From assembly GCA_020048595.1 (NCBI GenBank), contig JAIFMH010000034.1:1-38693 (forward strand): 38,693 bases of DNA, written 5' to 3'. This stretch comes from Bacteroidota bacterium (GTDB taxonomy: Bacteria > Bacteroidota > Bacteroidia > Bacteroidales > UBA4417). This document shows positions 1 to 9,121 of this stretch, piece by piece (positions within the stretch are counted from its first letter, which is position 1; every line of letters starts with the position of its first letter). The notes beneath the pieces are model-generated. The model saw only the letters and a program-made list of their open reading frames with translations. It had not been told where the DNA came from and did not search any database. Both the position numbers and the translations under genes were made by a program.

Positions 1-1481
1 AGCAGGGCATTGTCCATTACAGGACGATCGATGTTTTCGCCCCAGTCGCCCCAGTCCCAGCCACCATCGCGGTGAACCAAAAGACCGTCCGGGCCAAGTT
101 TCCACAAATCCAGATAATGTTTTACCGCAGGGTAGGCGTGTTTGATCGTAGCATTATCACCTGTGTATAGATAATAATACCAGAATCCATGCATACCGAT
201 GCTCGAAAGCATTTGCCCGGGAAGTTCCTTGTCCCAACTTCCGGCAGGAACGGGAGAATACAGCACACCATCAGGTTTCTGCCAGTCGACCAGATTGAGA
301 ATAGATTTTTTAATCAGCGGCTGTGCTTTCAGGTCGCACGAATGTAAAATCTCACCCAACACGATAGCGGCATCGCCCCACCACTGGGCACGTTCGCGGT
401 CGGGGTCCTGGATGGCATCGCGCATATTCACGTTCATTGTGTTACGGCATTTCAACCACAACGAGTTCAGAAAAAGATCGTCGCAATCGAAACTGCCGGT
501 AAACTCGGTATTGTAGCGGGTTTCGCGGTAGCAAAGTTCCAGTATTTCGACTCCGGAAGGAATGCTGTAAATCATCCAGTGACCGTTCAGGTAGGCCAGG
601 CTTTCAAATTCCTGAACGCCCTCTTTGGTAACATATTCCGAGCGGTAGTTGTATTCGCTACCCCCTTTGTAATTGTCGGTACGCATGTCGATGGTCAATC
701 CTGCCGGAGCTTTTATCTTCAGGTAGGGCGAAATGGTAATGTTACGGGGAAGAGTGGCAATAATGGGTTTGCCATCGCTAATCTTCGGCAGTTGGGCATC
801 GTTTTCATATTTGGTCAACGTTTCCACTTTCCAAAGCGGGATGGGCCGCTCAACGAGTTTGTTCCAGGGGGCGGCAGGCGGAGTGCCCAAGGTCATGGCC
901 TGAGACCAGGACGAATCATCGAAATCAGGAGCATTCCAGTTCCCGATATCTTTCCGGGCATCAAAATGAATGTTGTCGTCGGGCATGCGGTAATTAGGAT
1001 GAGGTTCGCCGGTAACCCCATAAGCGGGATGGCGCATGGCCTTCCATGTTTGATCGGTACCTGTAATTTTGTCGTCGATATTAAATTCGGCTACTAATCC
1101 GGCTTTGCCGCTGTTCTTGTGCGAAAACCCGTCTTTGCCCCAGTACCACGATAAAATTGCAATAGTGTTTCCCCCCTTTTTCAGGAACCGGCTAACATCC
1201 ACCACATCAAAATAGGTGTCGTTGGGATTGGGGCCACGTTTCAGGCCTCCTTCGTAAACCACTAGCTCACCATTCACCCAAAGCCAGTATTTCGAATCGA
1301 CAGCTATCCGGGCGGTTGCCTTTTGGGGCTTCGCGGACAGGTCAATGTTTTTCCGAAACACCTGCCAGATGTTGGTGTCGTTTTTGCTCTCAACAGCTGA
1401 GATCCATTGGGATTGCCACGATTGAGCCTGTGAGCTGAAAACAGCTAAAAACAGAAATAAAAAAAGGATGGATTTCTTCAT
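1..1481 (-). CDS. Secreted alpha-L-rhamnosidase-like (GH78-type) glycoside hydrolase; C-terminus lies outside the window
   Basis: Absent from the supplied ORF track because it has no stop in the window. Hand translation of the minus strand from ATG 1481..1479 stays open to position 1. It gives MKKSILFLFLFLAVFSSQAQ (signal peptide), then SWQSQWISAV..FRKNIDL..WLWVNGELV..YFDVVDVSRFLKKGGNTIAIL (rhamnosidase N-terminal-domain pattern), then QDPDRERAQWWGDA and GGWDWGDWGEN (six-hairpin domain-like motifs). The + strand ORFs 199..516 and 579..1097 are antisense shadows. Confidence 0.65.
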   Translation of the reverse strand, partial: MKKSILFLFLFLAVFSSQAQSWQSQWISAVESKNDTNIWQVFRKNIDLSAKPQKATARIAVDSKYWLWVNGELVVYEGGLKRGPNPNDTYFDVVDVSRFLKKGGNTIAILSWYWGKDGFSHKNSGKAGLVAEFNIDDKITGTDQTWKAMRHPAYGVTGEPHPNYRMPDDNIHFDARKDIGNWNAPDFDDSSWSQAMTLGTPPAAPWNKLVERPIPLWKVETLTKYENDAQLPKISDGKPIIATLPRNITISPYLKIKAPAGLTIDMRTDNYKGGSEYNYRSEYVTKEGVQEFESLAYLNGHWMIYSIPSGVEILELCYRETRYNTEFTGSFDCDDLFLNSLWLKCRNTMNVNMRDAIQDPDRERAQWWGDAAIVLGEILHSCDLKAQPLIKKSILNLVDWQKPDGVLYSPVPAGSWDKELPGQMLSSIGMHGFWYYYLYTGDNATIKHAYPAVKHYLDLWKLGPDGLLVHRDGGWDWGDWGENIDRPVMDNAL

Positions 1482-1507
1482 TTGATAAAATTTTAACTTC
1501 ATTAAAT

Positions 1508-2089
1508 CTATATTGATAAAGATCGCACGGTCTCCAGCATGGTAAGAATATTTTCTTCCGGGGTGTCATCCTGCACGTTGTGGGCAGGAGCAATGATGTA
1601 ACCTCCATGATTGCCCAGTATTTTTGCCCTTCGCGTTACTTCTTCCCTGATCTGTTCAGGAGTCCGGTTGGGCAATAAATCCTGCACACAAATGCCCCCA
1701 AAAAATGAAATTGAACGACCAAACTCTTCTGAAAGGCTTTCAGGCTCCATGTTGGAAGCCATCGGCTGAATCGGATTCAAGAAATCGAGCCCCAGTTCAA
1801 TAAATTCGGGAATAAGTGGCCGGATTGCGCCGCAGGTGTGCCATGCTATCTTGATTTCCTGATTTACCTGCCTGAACTCATGGAAAATCCTCCATTGAAC
1901 CTTCTGCTGATCCATCTGCCTGATGCGGTTAGCCATCAGATTAGATACTTCGATTTCGATCGTATTTAGCCCTGGGTTTAGAAGTTTCCCAATTCTGGTC
2001 GTAAAAGGGATACTCCACAGGATACCGGCGTCCTGACCATTATTTCTCATTTGCAATCTTCTTTTATGATTTTTTATTTCGTAAGCCAT
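1508..2089 (-). pseudogene. Chimeric gene remnant: C-terminal tail of a jelly-roll glycoside hydrolase fused to the C-terminal third of a uroporphyrinogen-decarboxylase (URO-D/MtaA)-like protein
   Basis: Residues ~35-55 (KLLNPGLNTIEIEVSNLMANRI) match the G-x-N-x-IEI-x-V-x-N-L-x-x-NR tail typical of Bacteroidota GH C-termini. From ~QWRIFHEF onward, IAWHTCGAIRPLIPEFIELGLDFLNPIQP...FFGGICVQDLLP..TPEQIREEV...GGYIIAPAHNVQDDTPEENILTMLETV is the C-terminal part of URO-D-like proteins, and the N-terminal two thirds are missing. The 5' end overlaps the symporter gene by 26 nt. Confidence 0.5.
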
Positions 2090-3611
2090 AAAGCATCAAC
2101 TTTTCGTCAACAGGCTTTCCTTTAAACAGGTAGCTGGCACCCCAACCGACAAAGAACAGTACAAAATGACTGTAAACGCCAAGCATATAGGTGTGATGAG
2201 GAAAATTGAGATTGCCCAAATCCCAAAGTAGTTGTTTTGTCCCGTTCACTTCGTGACTGGTGGTTGTAAGCGTAGCCCAAGCTGTAAAAAGAATACAGGC
2301 AACCATGCCAACATACAATCCTTTCTCATTTGCCTTTGGAATCAGAATACCAAGCAGGAACATCCCAACAATTCCGGCAGAGAAAATGGCATATAATCCA
2401 AATACTACTCCAAGTACACCTTCTCCCCCCCAGTAGTAATAAATGGTGGCTATCACCGCCGAAAGCAATCCGGAAACCACGATGATTATCCGTGCCATCC
2501 TGAGTTTTTTGTGGTCGTTTACATTCTTTTTAAAGCGGGCATAAAAGTCTTCCACACCAATGGCGGAAAGACAGTTAATATCTGAAGCTATTGTGGAAAT
2601 GGCTGCAGCTATCAAAGCTGCAATGATAAATCCTTTAACTCCTACCGGAAGTTGGGTGGTAATGAAGTGCGGAAATACACCTTCGCTGACCATTCCTTCC
2701 GGTAACAACCCGGGAGAAAGTTTATAAAATGCAAATAAAGCTGAGCCTATAAACATGAACATTGCCCATAACGGAACACTCAACAATACTCCAATCAGAG
2801 AAGCCCTGATTGCTTCCTTATCGGATTTGGCTGCCAGGTAACGCTGAACAATGGTTTGATCGGTTCCATATTTTTGAAGAGCATAAAATATTCCATTGAT
2901 CGCCATCACGATAAAAGTAAGTTTGGCGAAATCAATATTGTAAGGACTAAAACTGATTTTGTTCGCTTCGTTCATCACCCTGAAAACCTCTGCCGGTCCT
3001 CCCGCCGGGACAAAAAGAATAATGCCGATACAAATCAAGCCTCCCAGCATCAGCCAGATTCCCTGGAAAACATCCATCCAGATCACACCTTCAAGGCCGC
3101 CAAAGAAGGTAATTACAATGATGGCGATCGTTACAATCCATATTGTAGTAAGTACATCGGCTCCCATCATTGTTCCCAGGGCCAGACTCATCAGATAAAC
3201 TACAGTTCCCAGTTTTGAGAAATGCATCAGCATGAATGCCATGGAGCTGTAAATGCGGGCAGGCAATCCAAATCGCTTCTCAAAATACTCATAGGCGCTT
3301 ATTCCTATTGACCTCCTGAACAAGGGAACTATGAATCCGATCAACCCCACAAGTACAACTGGCACCATCAATCCCTGCACCAACAATAACCAGTTTGACT
3401 TAAATCCTGTTGCAGGGTAAGCCAGAAAGGTAATACTGCTGATAAGAGTTGCCATAATTGAAATACCAATTGCCCATGGAGGGATGTTTCGTCCCCCTGT
3501 AAAAAATTTATCAGAAGTTTTCTGTCTTTTGGCGAAAAACATCCCAATGTAAATGGCAACCGCCACAGATAAAATAATAATTGAATAATCAATCCATCCT
3601 ATTGTTCCCAT
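2064..3611 (-). CDS. Sodium:solute symporter (SSS/SLC5 family), probable acid-sugar importer
   Basis: 515 aa, polytopic. The N-terminus IDYSIIILSVAVAIYIGMFFAKRQKTSDKFFTGGRNIPPWAIGISIMATLISSITFLAYP is a classic SSS signature. It lies in an operon with acid-sugar enzymes. Confidence 0.9.
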   Translation of the reverse strand: MGTIGWIDYSIIILSVAVAIYIGMFFAKRQKTSDKFFTGGRNIPPWAIGISIMATLISSITFLAYPATGFKSNWLLLVQGLMVPVVLVGLIGFIVPLFRRSIGISAYEYFEKRFGLPARIYSSMAFMLMHFSKLGTVVYLMSLALGTMMGADVLTTIWIVTIAIIVITFFGGLEGVIWMDVFQGIWLMLGGLICIGIILFVPAGGPAEVFRVMNEANKISFSPYNIDFAKLTFIVMAINGIFYALQKYGTDQTIVQRYLAAKSDKEAIRASLIGVLLSVPLWAMFMFIGSALFAFYKLSPGLLPEGMVSEGVFPHFITTQLPVGVKGFIIAALIAAAISTIASDINCLSAIGVEDFYARFKKNVNDHKKLRMARIIIVVSGLLSAVIATIYYYWGGEGVLGVVFGLYAIFSAGIVGMFLLGILIPKANEKGLYVGMVACILFTAWATLTTTSHEVNGTKQLLWDLGNLNFPHHTYMLGVYSHFVLFFVGWGASYLFKGKPVDEKLMLYGLRNKKS

Positions 3612-3616
3612 AAAAT

Positions 3617-4765
3617 TTACTTTTTAACATTAATATTTGATTCATTTTTTTTGAAGTTCCAGATTTGTTCAGGGAATTGATAACTCCCCGGTTTTATTGT
3701 TATATATATATTGTCTTTGTTTCTGTTTTTCATTCTGACAACCCCCGGGGCATATTCGAATGTGGGTATAAATTGTGTGTAATTCAGCTTATAGAGTATT
3801 GCCGAGGTTGTTGCTCCGCCTTCAATAACCAACTCATTGACATTCACTTTGGAAAGGATATTACTTACCACTTCAGACATTAAATTCTTTATTTTGTCTG
3901 CTGCCTCTTTTCCCTGCAAAACAGGTTCTCCGATGGCAAGAATTGCATTTTCTCCTTTTTGCATGATAGCAACCACTTCCGAAGCGTAATCATTTATCTT
4001 CTTTTCGCAGTCGGGAGTATCAATGATCAGGGGCGACAGGTAAGTAACATACGCACCACTTGCGGATGATTTTTCAACTTCCTTCCTGCTGTTGGCAAAA
4101 GCGCTACCACGAACAAACAAGGCATTTTTCAGCACAGGAAAAATTGTTTTACCTGTTAAAGTATGATGACCCATGATTTCAAGAAATGCCGCGAAGAAAG
4201 CAGCAGAACCGGCAAGGATAGTTTCGTAATTCCTTAATCGGGCAGCACTTTTCAGATCTTCTTCTGATGTGGCATCCTTGATTGAAATATCGGGATGTTT
4301 TGCACTTTCAACCCCAACAATTTCCTTTACTGCTGAACTCTTCGCCGGGAAATCCGGGTCTTTCGAAAAACCTGTTTCATGCAGGGGAATACCATCAATA
4401 TAATAGGTGCCTTTCATGATTATCCTGCCCGAAGCGGGATTTGCAGGACATAAGACCACTTTCTTTTTACTTTCTGCCTTTAATTGCGCAACCAGCTCTG
4501 CCATTACATGACCGCGTAGCACAGAATCGGTTTTCTTGAAAATAGATTCAATTCCACCGACTGTTAAATTACTTACCGTGTGATAGGTGATTTTTTCAGC
4601 GTCTTCCACACACATCGACCGGGAATCGGTTGAAACTACCCAGAGGTCTGCATCAGGACAAGGGATGTCAGAAAGGGTCGAAAGCACCACCCTGAGTCCG
4701 TATCTGAGTCCGATTCCGGCAATCTCGGCTCCACCGGTAATATCGTCGGCTATTACTGCTATCAT
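3617..4765 (-). CDS. Four-carbon acid-sugar kinase family protein (DUF1537; DtnK/OtnK-like)
   Basis: N-terminus MIAVIADDITGGAEIAGIGL matches the ADD(F/I)TGA motif of DUF1537 kinases. There is a 4-nt overlap with the upstream PdxA-family gene, which is the diagnostic pairing. Confidence 0.85.
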   Translation of the reverse strand: MIAVIADDITGGAEIAGIGLRYGLRVVLSTLSDIPCPDADLWVVSTDSRSMCVEDAEKITYHTVSNLTVGGIESIFKKTDSVLRGHVMAELVAQLKAESKKKVVLCPANPASGRIIMKGTYYIDGIPLHETGFSKDPDFPAKSSAVKEIVGVESAKHPDISIKDATSEEDLKSAARLRNYETILAGSAAFFAAFLEIMGHHTLTGKTIFPVLKNALFVRGSAFANSRKEVEKSSASGAYVTYLSPLIIDTPDCEKKINDYASEVVAIMQKGENAILAIGEPVLQGKEAADKIKNLMSEVVSNILSKVNVNELVIEGGATTSAILYKLNYTQFIPTFEYAPGVVRMKNRNKDNIYITIKPGSYQFPEQIWNFKKNESNINVKK

Positions 4766-5781
4766 TTCTTGGATGTTGTCATTCTTATGGTATAATCGAT
4801 AGAAGTAAGCATGGCCTTTTCACTGGCAATGCCCTTTCCGGCAATTTCAAAGGCAGTACCATGATCAACCGATACTCTGATAATTGGAAGTCCCAGCGTA
4901 ATATTCACACCTTCAACATCCAAAGTCTTTTTGGATTTATTATAATTGAAACCCACCACTTTGAAAGGAATGTGCCCCTGATCGTGGTACATGGCCACGC
5001 AACCATCATACATACCGCCAATGGCTTTTGAAAAGAGTGTATCGGGAGGAACGGGACCTGTAACGTTTAATCCTTCACTTTGCAATGCTTTAATTGCCGG
5101 TATAATCTCCCTTTCCTCTTCCCAGCCAAACAGTCCGTTATCGCCCGAATGAGGATTAAGTCCTGCCACTGCAATTCTTGGTTCGGCAATGCCAAAACCC
5201 CTGCAGGCATCATACAAAAGTCTGGACACTTCAATAATCCGGTCTTTCTGTACACGGTCGCAGGCCTCACGCAGCGATACATGTGTGGATACATGAATAA
5301 CACGCAGATTATTGTGAACCAGCAACATGGCGTACTTTTTAGTATTGGTATAATGGGCATAAATTTCGGTATGTCCCGAGAAATGAAAACCGGCCAGGTT
5401 GATGGCTTCCTTGTTGATGGGCGCTGTAACCGTAGCATCCACTTCACCGCTTTTGGCCAATTCGATTACTTTTACAATGGATTCAAATGCAGCTCTGCCC
5501 GCTTCGGCCGATACGACTCCGTATGCTACATTTTGCTTGAAATTGGCCAGGTCAAACACATCGATGGTGCCATACCTGCTTTTAGCATCGCGGATATTAC
5601 TAATTGCATTGACTTTCAGTGCAACATTCAAAAAGTCAACTGCCTGCTGTATCACTCCTGCATCACCCACCACAACAGGCTTGCATTGCGAGTAAACTGA
5701 TCTTTTCAGAAGCGCTTTTACTATGATCTCCGGGCCGATTCCCGCAGGATCGCCCATTGAAATTCCAATAATTGGTTTCAT
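4762..5781 (-). CDS. pdxA: PdxA-family NAD-dependent decarboxylating dehydrogenase (PdxA2-like, 4-phospho-tetronate dehydrogenase candidate)
   Basis: MKPIIGISMGDPAGIGPEII..., HFSGHTE, GLNPHSGDNG and VDHGTAFEIAGKG are PdxA hallmarks. Adjacency to a DUF1537 kinase argues for a catabolic PdxA2 role rather than B6 synthesis. Confidence 0.85.
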   Translation of the reverse strand: MKPIIGISMGDPAGIGPEIIVKALLKRSVYSQCKPVVVGDAGVIQQAVDFLNVALKVNAISNIRDAKSRYGTIDVFDLANFKQNVAYGVVSAEAGRAAFESIVKVIELAKSGEVDATVTAPINKEAINLAGFHFSGHTEIYAHYTNTKKYAMLLVHNNLRVIHVSTHVSLREACDRVQKDRIIEVSRLLYDACRGFGIAEPRIAVAGLNPHSGDNGLFGWEEEREIIPAIKALQSEGLNVTGPVPPDTLFSKAIGGMYDGCVAMYHDQGHIPFKVVGFNYNKSKKTLDVEGVNITLGLPIIRVSVDHGTAFEIAGKGIASEKAMLTSIDYTIRMTTSKK

Positions 5782-6689
5782 TATTTAAGTTTATATTTTT
5801 TGATTATTTTTTGAGTTTCTTTTATTATCTCTTTTTGCTCTGCAACGGCAATATCGGTTAACGGGGGTAACGCATAAGGTTGACACAAGCCTAATACACT
5901 CATCATCACTTTCAGTGCCTGTAACGAATTCCCCAATGTCCTGCCCGACTGGTAAATTTTGGCAATTTCGTCCGTTTCCATTTGAAGCTGTTCAACCTTT
6001 TGCCATTGTTCAGCCTTAGCATATTCACACATAGCGCGGAACATTCCGGGAGCAAAGTTGCCGGTACTGGGTACGAGTCCATCGGCCCCAAGTTGTAAGG
6101 CTTTTGCCGATACGGCTGCATAGCCCAGAAAATAGGAAAAGTTTTCCCTGTCTTTAAAAAGTTTTAAACACTGCTCCATGCGGGCTTCGTCCCTTTCCGA
6201 ATCCTTGAAACCGCATATGTGCTTTACTTTACTTAGTTCATTCACCACTTCAACGGGGATCGACATTTTGGTTGTAGATGGAATATTATAAACCATCATC
6301 GGAAAATTGATTCTTTCAGCTAGGGTTTTGAAATACCCAAACATCTGTTCGGAAGTTAAGGGGTAATAATAAGGCAAAATTGAAACGATGACATCGGCAC
6401 CTGCCTGAATGTATGCCTTGGCATTAGCAATATTCTCTTCCACACAGTTACCACAGATGCCTGCATAAATCTTTACCCTTCCGGCAACAGTTTCTGAAGC
6501 CAGCTTTACAAGCCTCCTGCTCTCATCCATTGAGACAGAAGGTGATTCTCCGGTAGTCCCAAGTACCAGCATTGAAACACCATTTCGGGCAAGGAAATCT
6601 GCAATTTTAACAACTGCAGTCTCGTCTAATTTCCGTTCACTGCTAACGGGCGTAACCATTGGGACAATAACCCCATTATACTTTTTCAT
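5781..6689 (-). CDS. DapA/NanA-family class I aldolase (pyruvate lyase or dehydratase acting on a 2-keto-3-deoxy acid sugar)
   Basis: GVIVPMVTPV..., LVLGTTGESPSVS and YNIPSTT motifs are typical of the DHDPS/N-acetylneuraminate lyase family. TAATG overlap with the pdxA-like gene. Confidence 0.85.
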   Translation of the reverse strand: MKKYNGVIVPMVTPVSSERKLDETAVVKIADFLARNGVSMLVLGTTGESPSVSMDESRRLVKLASETVAGRVKIYAGICGNCVEENIANAKAYIQAGADVIVSILPYYYPLTSEQMFGYFKTLAERINFPMMVYNIPSTTKMSIPVEVVNELSKVKHICGFKDSERDEARMEQCLKLFKDRENFSYFLGYAAVSAKALQLGADGLVPSTGNFAPGMFRAMCEYAKAEQWQKVEQLQMETDEIAKIYQSGRTLGNSLQALKVMMSVLGLCQPYALPPLTDIAVAEQKEIIKETQKIIKKYKLK

Positions 6690-6703
6690 TATAGCAATTT
6701 ATA

Positions 6704-7849
6704 TTAGAATAATTTATGATAGATTGATTTTGCATCTTCCAGCGTTAGTTCCCTCGGGTTGTTTTTCAACAAGCGTTGCACGCCCATGGCTTTGGTTGCC
6801 AGGCCGTCGACACTGGACTTATCAATTCCCAAAGCGGATAGTTTTGTTGGCACATTACAGGATACCAGCAATTCAGTCAGTTTCTCAACTGCCTGCCTAA
6901 TCATTGCTGTTTCCGGCAACGAGCTGTCCACACCCAGCGCAGCAGCAATTTGTGCATGCTTTTTTACATCAGCCGGTGCATTAAATTCGAAAACAGCAGG
7001 CAGCAGGATGGCATTGGCCAAACCGTGGGGGATATGAAATTCACCACCCAAAGGATAAGATAAAGCATGAACTGCCGATGTATTGACAGGCCCCAGGCAT
7101 AACCCACCATAATAACTTCCAATAGATAGATTGGTACGTGCCTGCATATCCGTACCATCGTGATAAGCCCTGAGCAGACTGCCCGCAATCAGGCGAACTC
7201 CCTCCAGAGCATACAAATCAATCAGCGGATGTGCAAATTTGTTGGTGTATGCTTCGATGCAATGGCAAAGGGCATCAATACCCGTTTCGGCAGTTATTGA
7301 AGGAGGCATGCCAACAGTAAGTACCGGATCCACAATCACCAAATCAGGCACCAGAAACGGACTGATAATCCCTTTCTTCATGTTATCAGTTTCATCTAAC
7401 AGAATGGAATTGGGCGACGATTCGCTGCCCGTTCCGGAAGTGGAGGGTATGCAGGCGAGAAATGTTGACCTACCATTCAGATTACCTATACCTATCATTT
7501 CGGTGATGCTTTGCCTGTTGTTTATTTTTGCAGCAATAACTTTTGCAACATCCATTACGCTTCCGCCACCTATGCCTGCCACAGCATCGATTGGTTGTTT
7601 ATTCAACGATGCCAGAATTGCCTCCACATCATTAATGGTTGGCTCTTTTTGAATGGGGTCAATCAGTATAGCTGAAATGTCATTGGCTTCCAATGCGGGT
7701 AACAAACCTGAAGCAATATTCCGAAGCGGAGAAGCTATGATACAAAGCAGGTTTTTTATACCCATGTTTTTTAGTTCATCCGGTAATTGCAACAGGGCAT
7801 TCTCTCCAAACAGCACCTTCCGGGGCTGTGAAATTGATAATTGTCTCAT
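6704..7849 (-). CDS. Iron-containing (group III) alcohol dehydrogenase
   Basis: GIGGGSVMDVAK nucleotide-binding motif and the His cluster (HCIEAY, HALSYPLGGEFHIPHG) of the Fe-ADH family. Confidence 0.9.
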   Translation of the reverse strand: MRQLSISQPRKVLFGENALLQLPDELKNMGIKNLLCIIASPLRNIASGLLPALEANDISAILIDPIQKEPTINDVEAILASLNKQPIDAVAGIGGGSVMDVAKVIAAKINNRQSITEMIGIGNLNGRSTFLACIPSTSGTGSESSPNSILLDETDNMKKGIISPFLVPDLVIVDPVLTVGMPPSITAETGIDALCHCIEAYTNKFAHPLIDLYALEGVRLIAGSLLRAYHDGTDMQARTNLSIGSYYGGLCLGPVNTSAVHALSYPLGGEFHIPHGLANAILLPAVFEFNAPADVKKHAQIAAALGVDSSLPETAMIRQAVEKLTELLVSCNVPTKLSALGIDKSSVDGLATKAMGVQRLLKNNPRELTLEDAKSIYHKLF

Positions 7850-7852
7850 AGT

Positions 7853-9013
7853 TTATGGTTTCCAGATCGTTTCTGCAATATGTTGCTGTGGATTTTCCTT
7901 TGTAGCCCAATAATAAAGAGCCACGAGTTTATTTTTATGGTTTACCGCCAGGCGCGGATATCCGAAATCCTTGTCGCCAAATTTGTCAGGTTGGAAGTCA
8001 TCCCTTACAATCAATTCCTCACCCCAGCTTTTTCCACCGTCGGAACTAATCCTTGCAAAAAGTTTTGCCCTGGTACGGTCGCCATAAGCACAGGCTATCC
8101 TACCGTCATTGAGTGCCACTATTGCCGGAGGATTTCCGTTCCCTTCGCCCGTTTCACCTACACGGCTCAGAAAACTCCAGGTCTTACCATTATCAGCAGA
8201 ACCATAAGCATCCACCCAGCAAACATCTTTATCGAGCATGCGTCGACGTAAAGCAACAGTTATTGAACCATCTTTCAGACGGCATACCGCAGGCATTACA
8301 GCACGGTATGGGTCACTGAGCGGCACAATCCATGTTACAAACCGGAATGATTTGCCACCATCGGTAGTTTCGGCTACATAGGTTTTGTCTTTCCCGGAAC
8401 CATTTTGCTTTGGCCTGGCTGACATAAACACCAAACACGAGGTTGGTCCGGTCACCAGATATCCGGTTCGTGAAGTACAAATCATTCCCGAAAGATTAGG
8501 GTCTTCCATCAGACCGTTGAAACGATAGGGCCCACGCCAGTTTTTACCCTTGTTTTCCGAAATAAAAAAAGCTCCGTCCGGGTCGAGTGAACCATGATAC
8601 CCAATTCCCATCACCCGCATGGCAAAACCCGGGGCTTTAAAATTTATCTGTCCGGGTGAGGCGACAGGTTCCAAACCATCGCCAACAAAATTTGACGGGT
8701 CTTCCTGTTTCCAAGTCTTTCCCCCATCGGTGCTGCGTGCCAGCCGGCTTTTGATATTCCTGGTCGTATCCGACATTCCTTCGATGTTATGACCTTTTTG
8801 CTCGACAAATCTGCCATACGAATATCCCACCAGAATTTCCTTTCCATTGTCCCATGACCAAACACCATTGTTGGCGGGCCATCCACCAAACTTGTTTTTT
8901 TCCTGAAATGCTATACCATTTTTTGCACCTTTTACTGTTTGTGCATCAGTACTTTTAAAGCCAATCAACAGCAGAGTGGCAATTATCCATGTCAGATTTA
9001 CTGTTCTTTTCAT
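7853..9013 (-). CDS. Secreted BNR/Asp-box repeat protein, sialidase-fold beta-propeller (exo-alpha-(keto-deoxy)ulosonidase candidate)
   Basis: Signal peptide, then four Asp-box motifs: STDGGKTW, TTDGGKSF, SADNGKTW and SSDGGKSW. Confidence 0.8.
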   Translation of the reverse strand: MKRTVNLTWIIATLLLIGFKSTDAQTVKGAKNGIAFQEKNKFGGWPANNGVWSWDNGKEILVGYSYGRFVEQKGHNIEGMSDTTRNIKSRLARSTDGGKTWKQEDPSNFVGDGLEPVASPGQINFKAPGFAMRVMGIGYHGSLDPDGAFFISENKGKNWRGPYRFNGLMEDPNLSGMICTSRTGYLVTGPTSCLVFMSARPKQNGSGKDKTYVAETTDGGKSFRFVTWIVPLSDPYRAVMPAVCRLKDGSITVALRRRMLDKDVCWVDAYGSADNGKTWSFLSRVGETGEGNGNPPAIVALNDGRIACAYGDRTRAKLFARISSDGGKSWGEELIVRDDFQPDKFGDKDFGYPRLAVNHKNKLVALYYWATKENPQQHIAETIWKP

Positions 9014-9121
9014 TTTTTATATAGATTAATTCTCATTTGAGAAAAAAATTTACTTAAACTAAATTCAGAGCCCAACTGTGTTATCCTTTGCTTTCCATCG
9101 GTAAAAAATTGGTTTTCGATT

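Noticed and set aside
199-1097. + strand ORFs 199..516 and 579..1097, plus - strand ORF 1390..1608, at the left edge.
   Set aside because: All overlap the open-ended minus-strand GH78-like CDS (1..1481), which has a signal peptide and family motifs. None has a recognisable domain of its own.
5080-5700. 206-aa + strand ORF and neighbours (5067..5447, 5399..5695) within the pdxA-like gene.
   Set aside because: They lie antisense to, or are out of frame with, a gene carrying unmistakable PdxA motifs, and they show no domain features.
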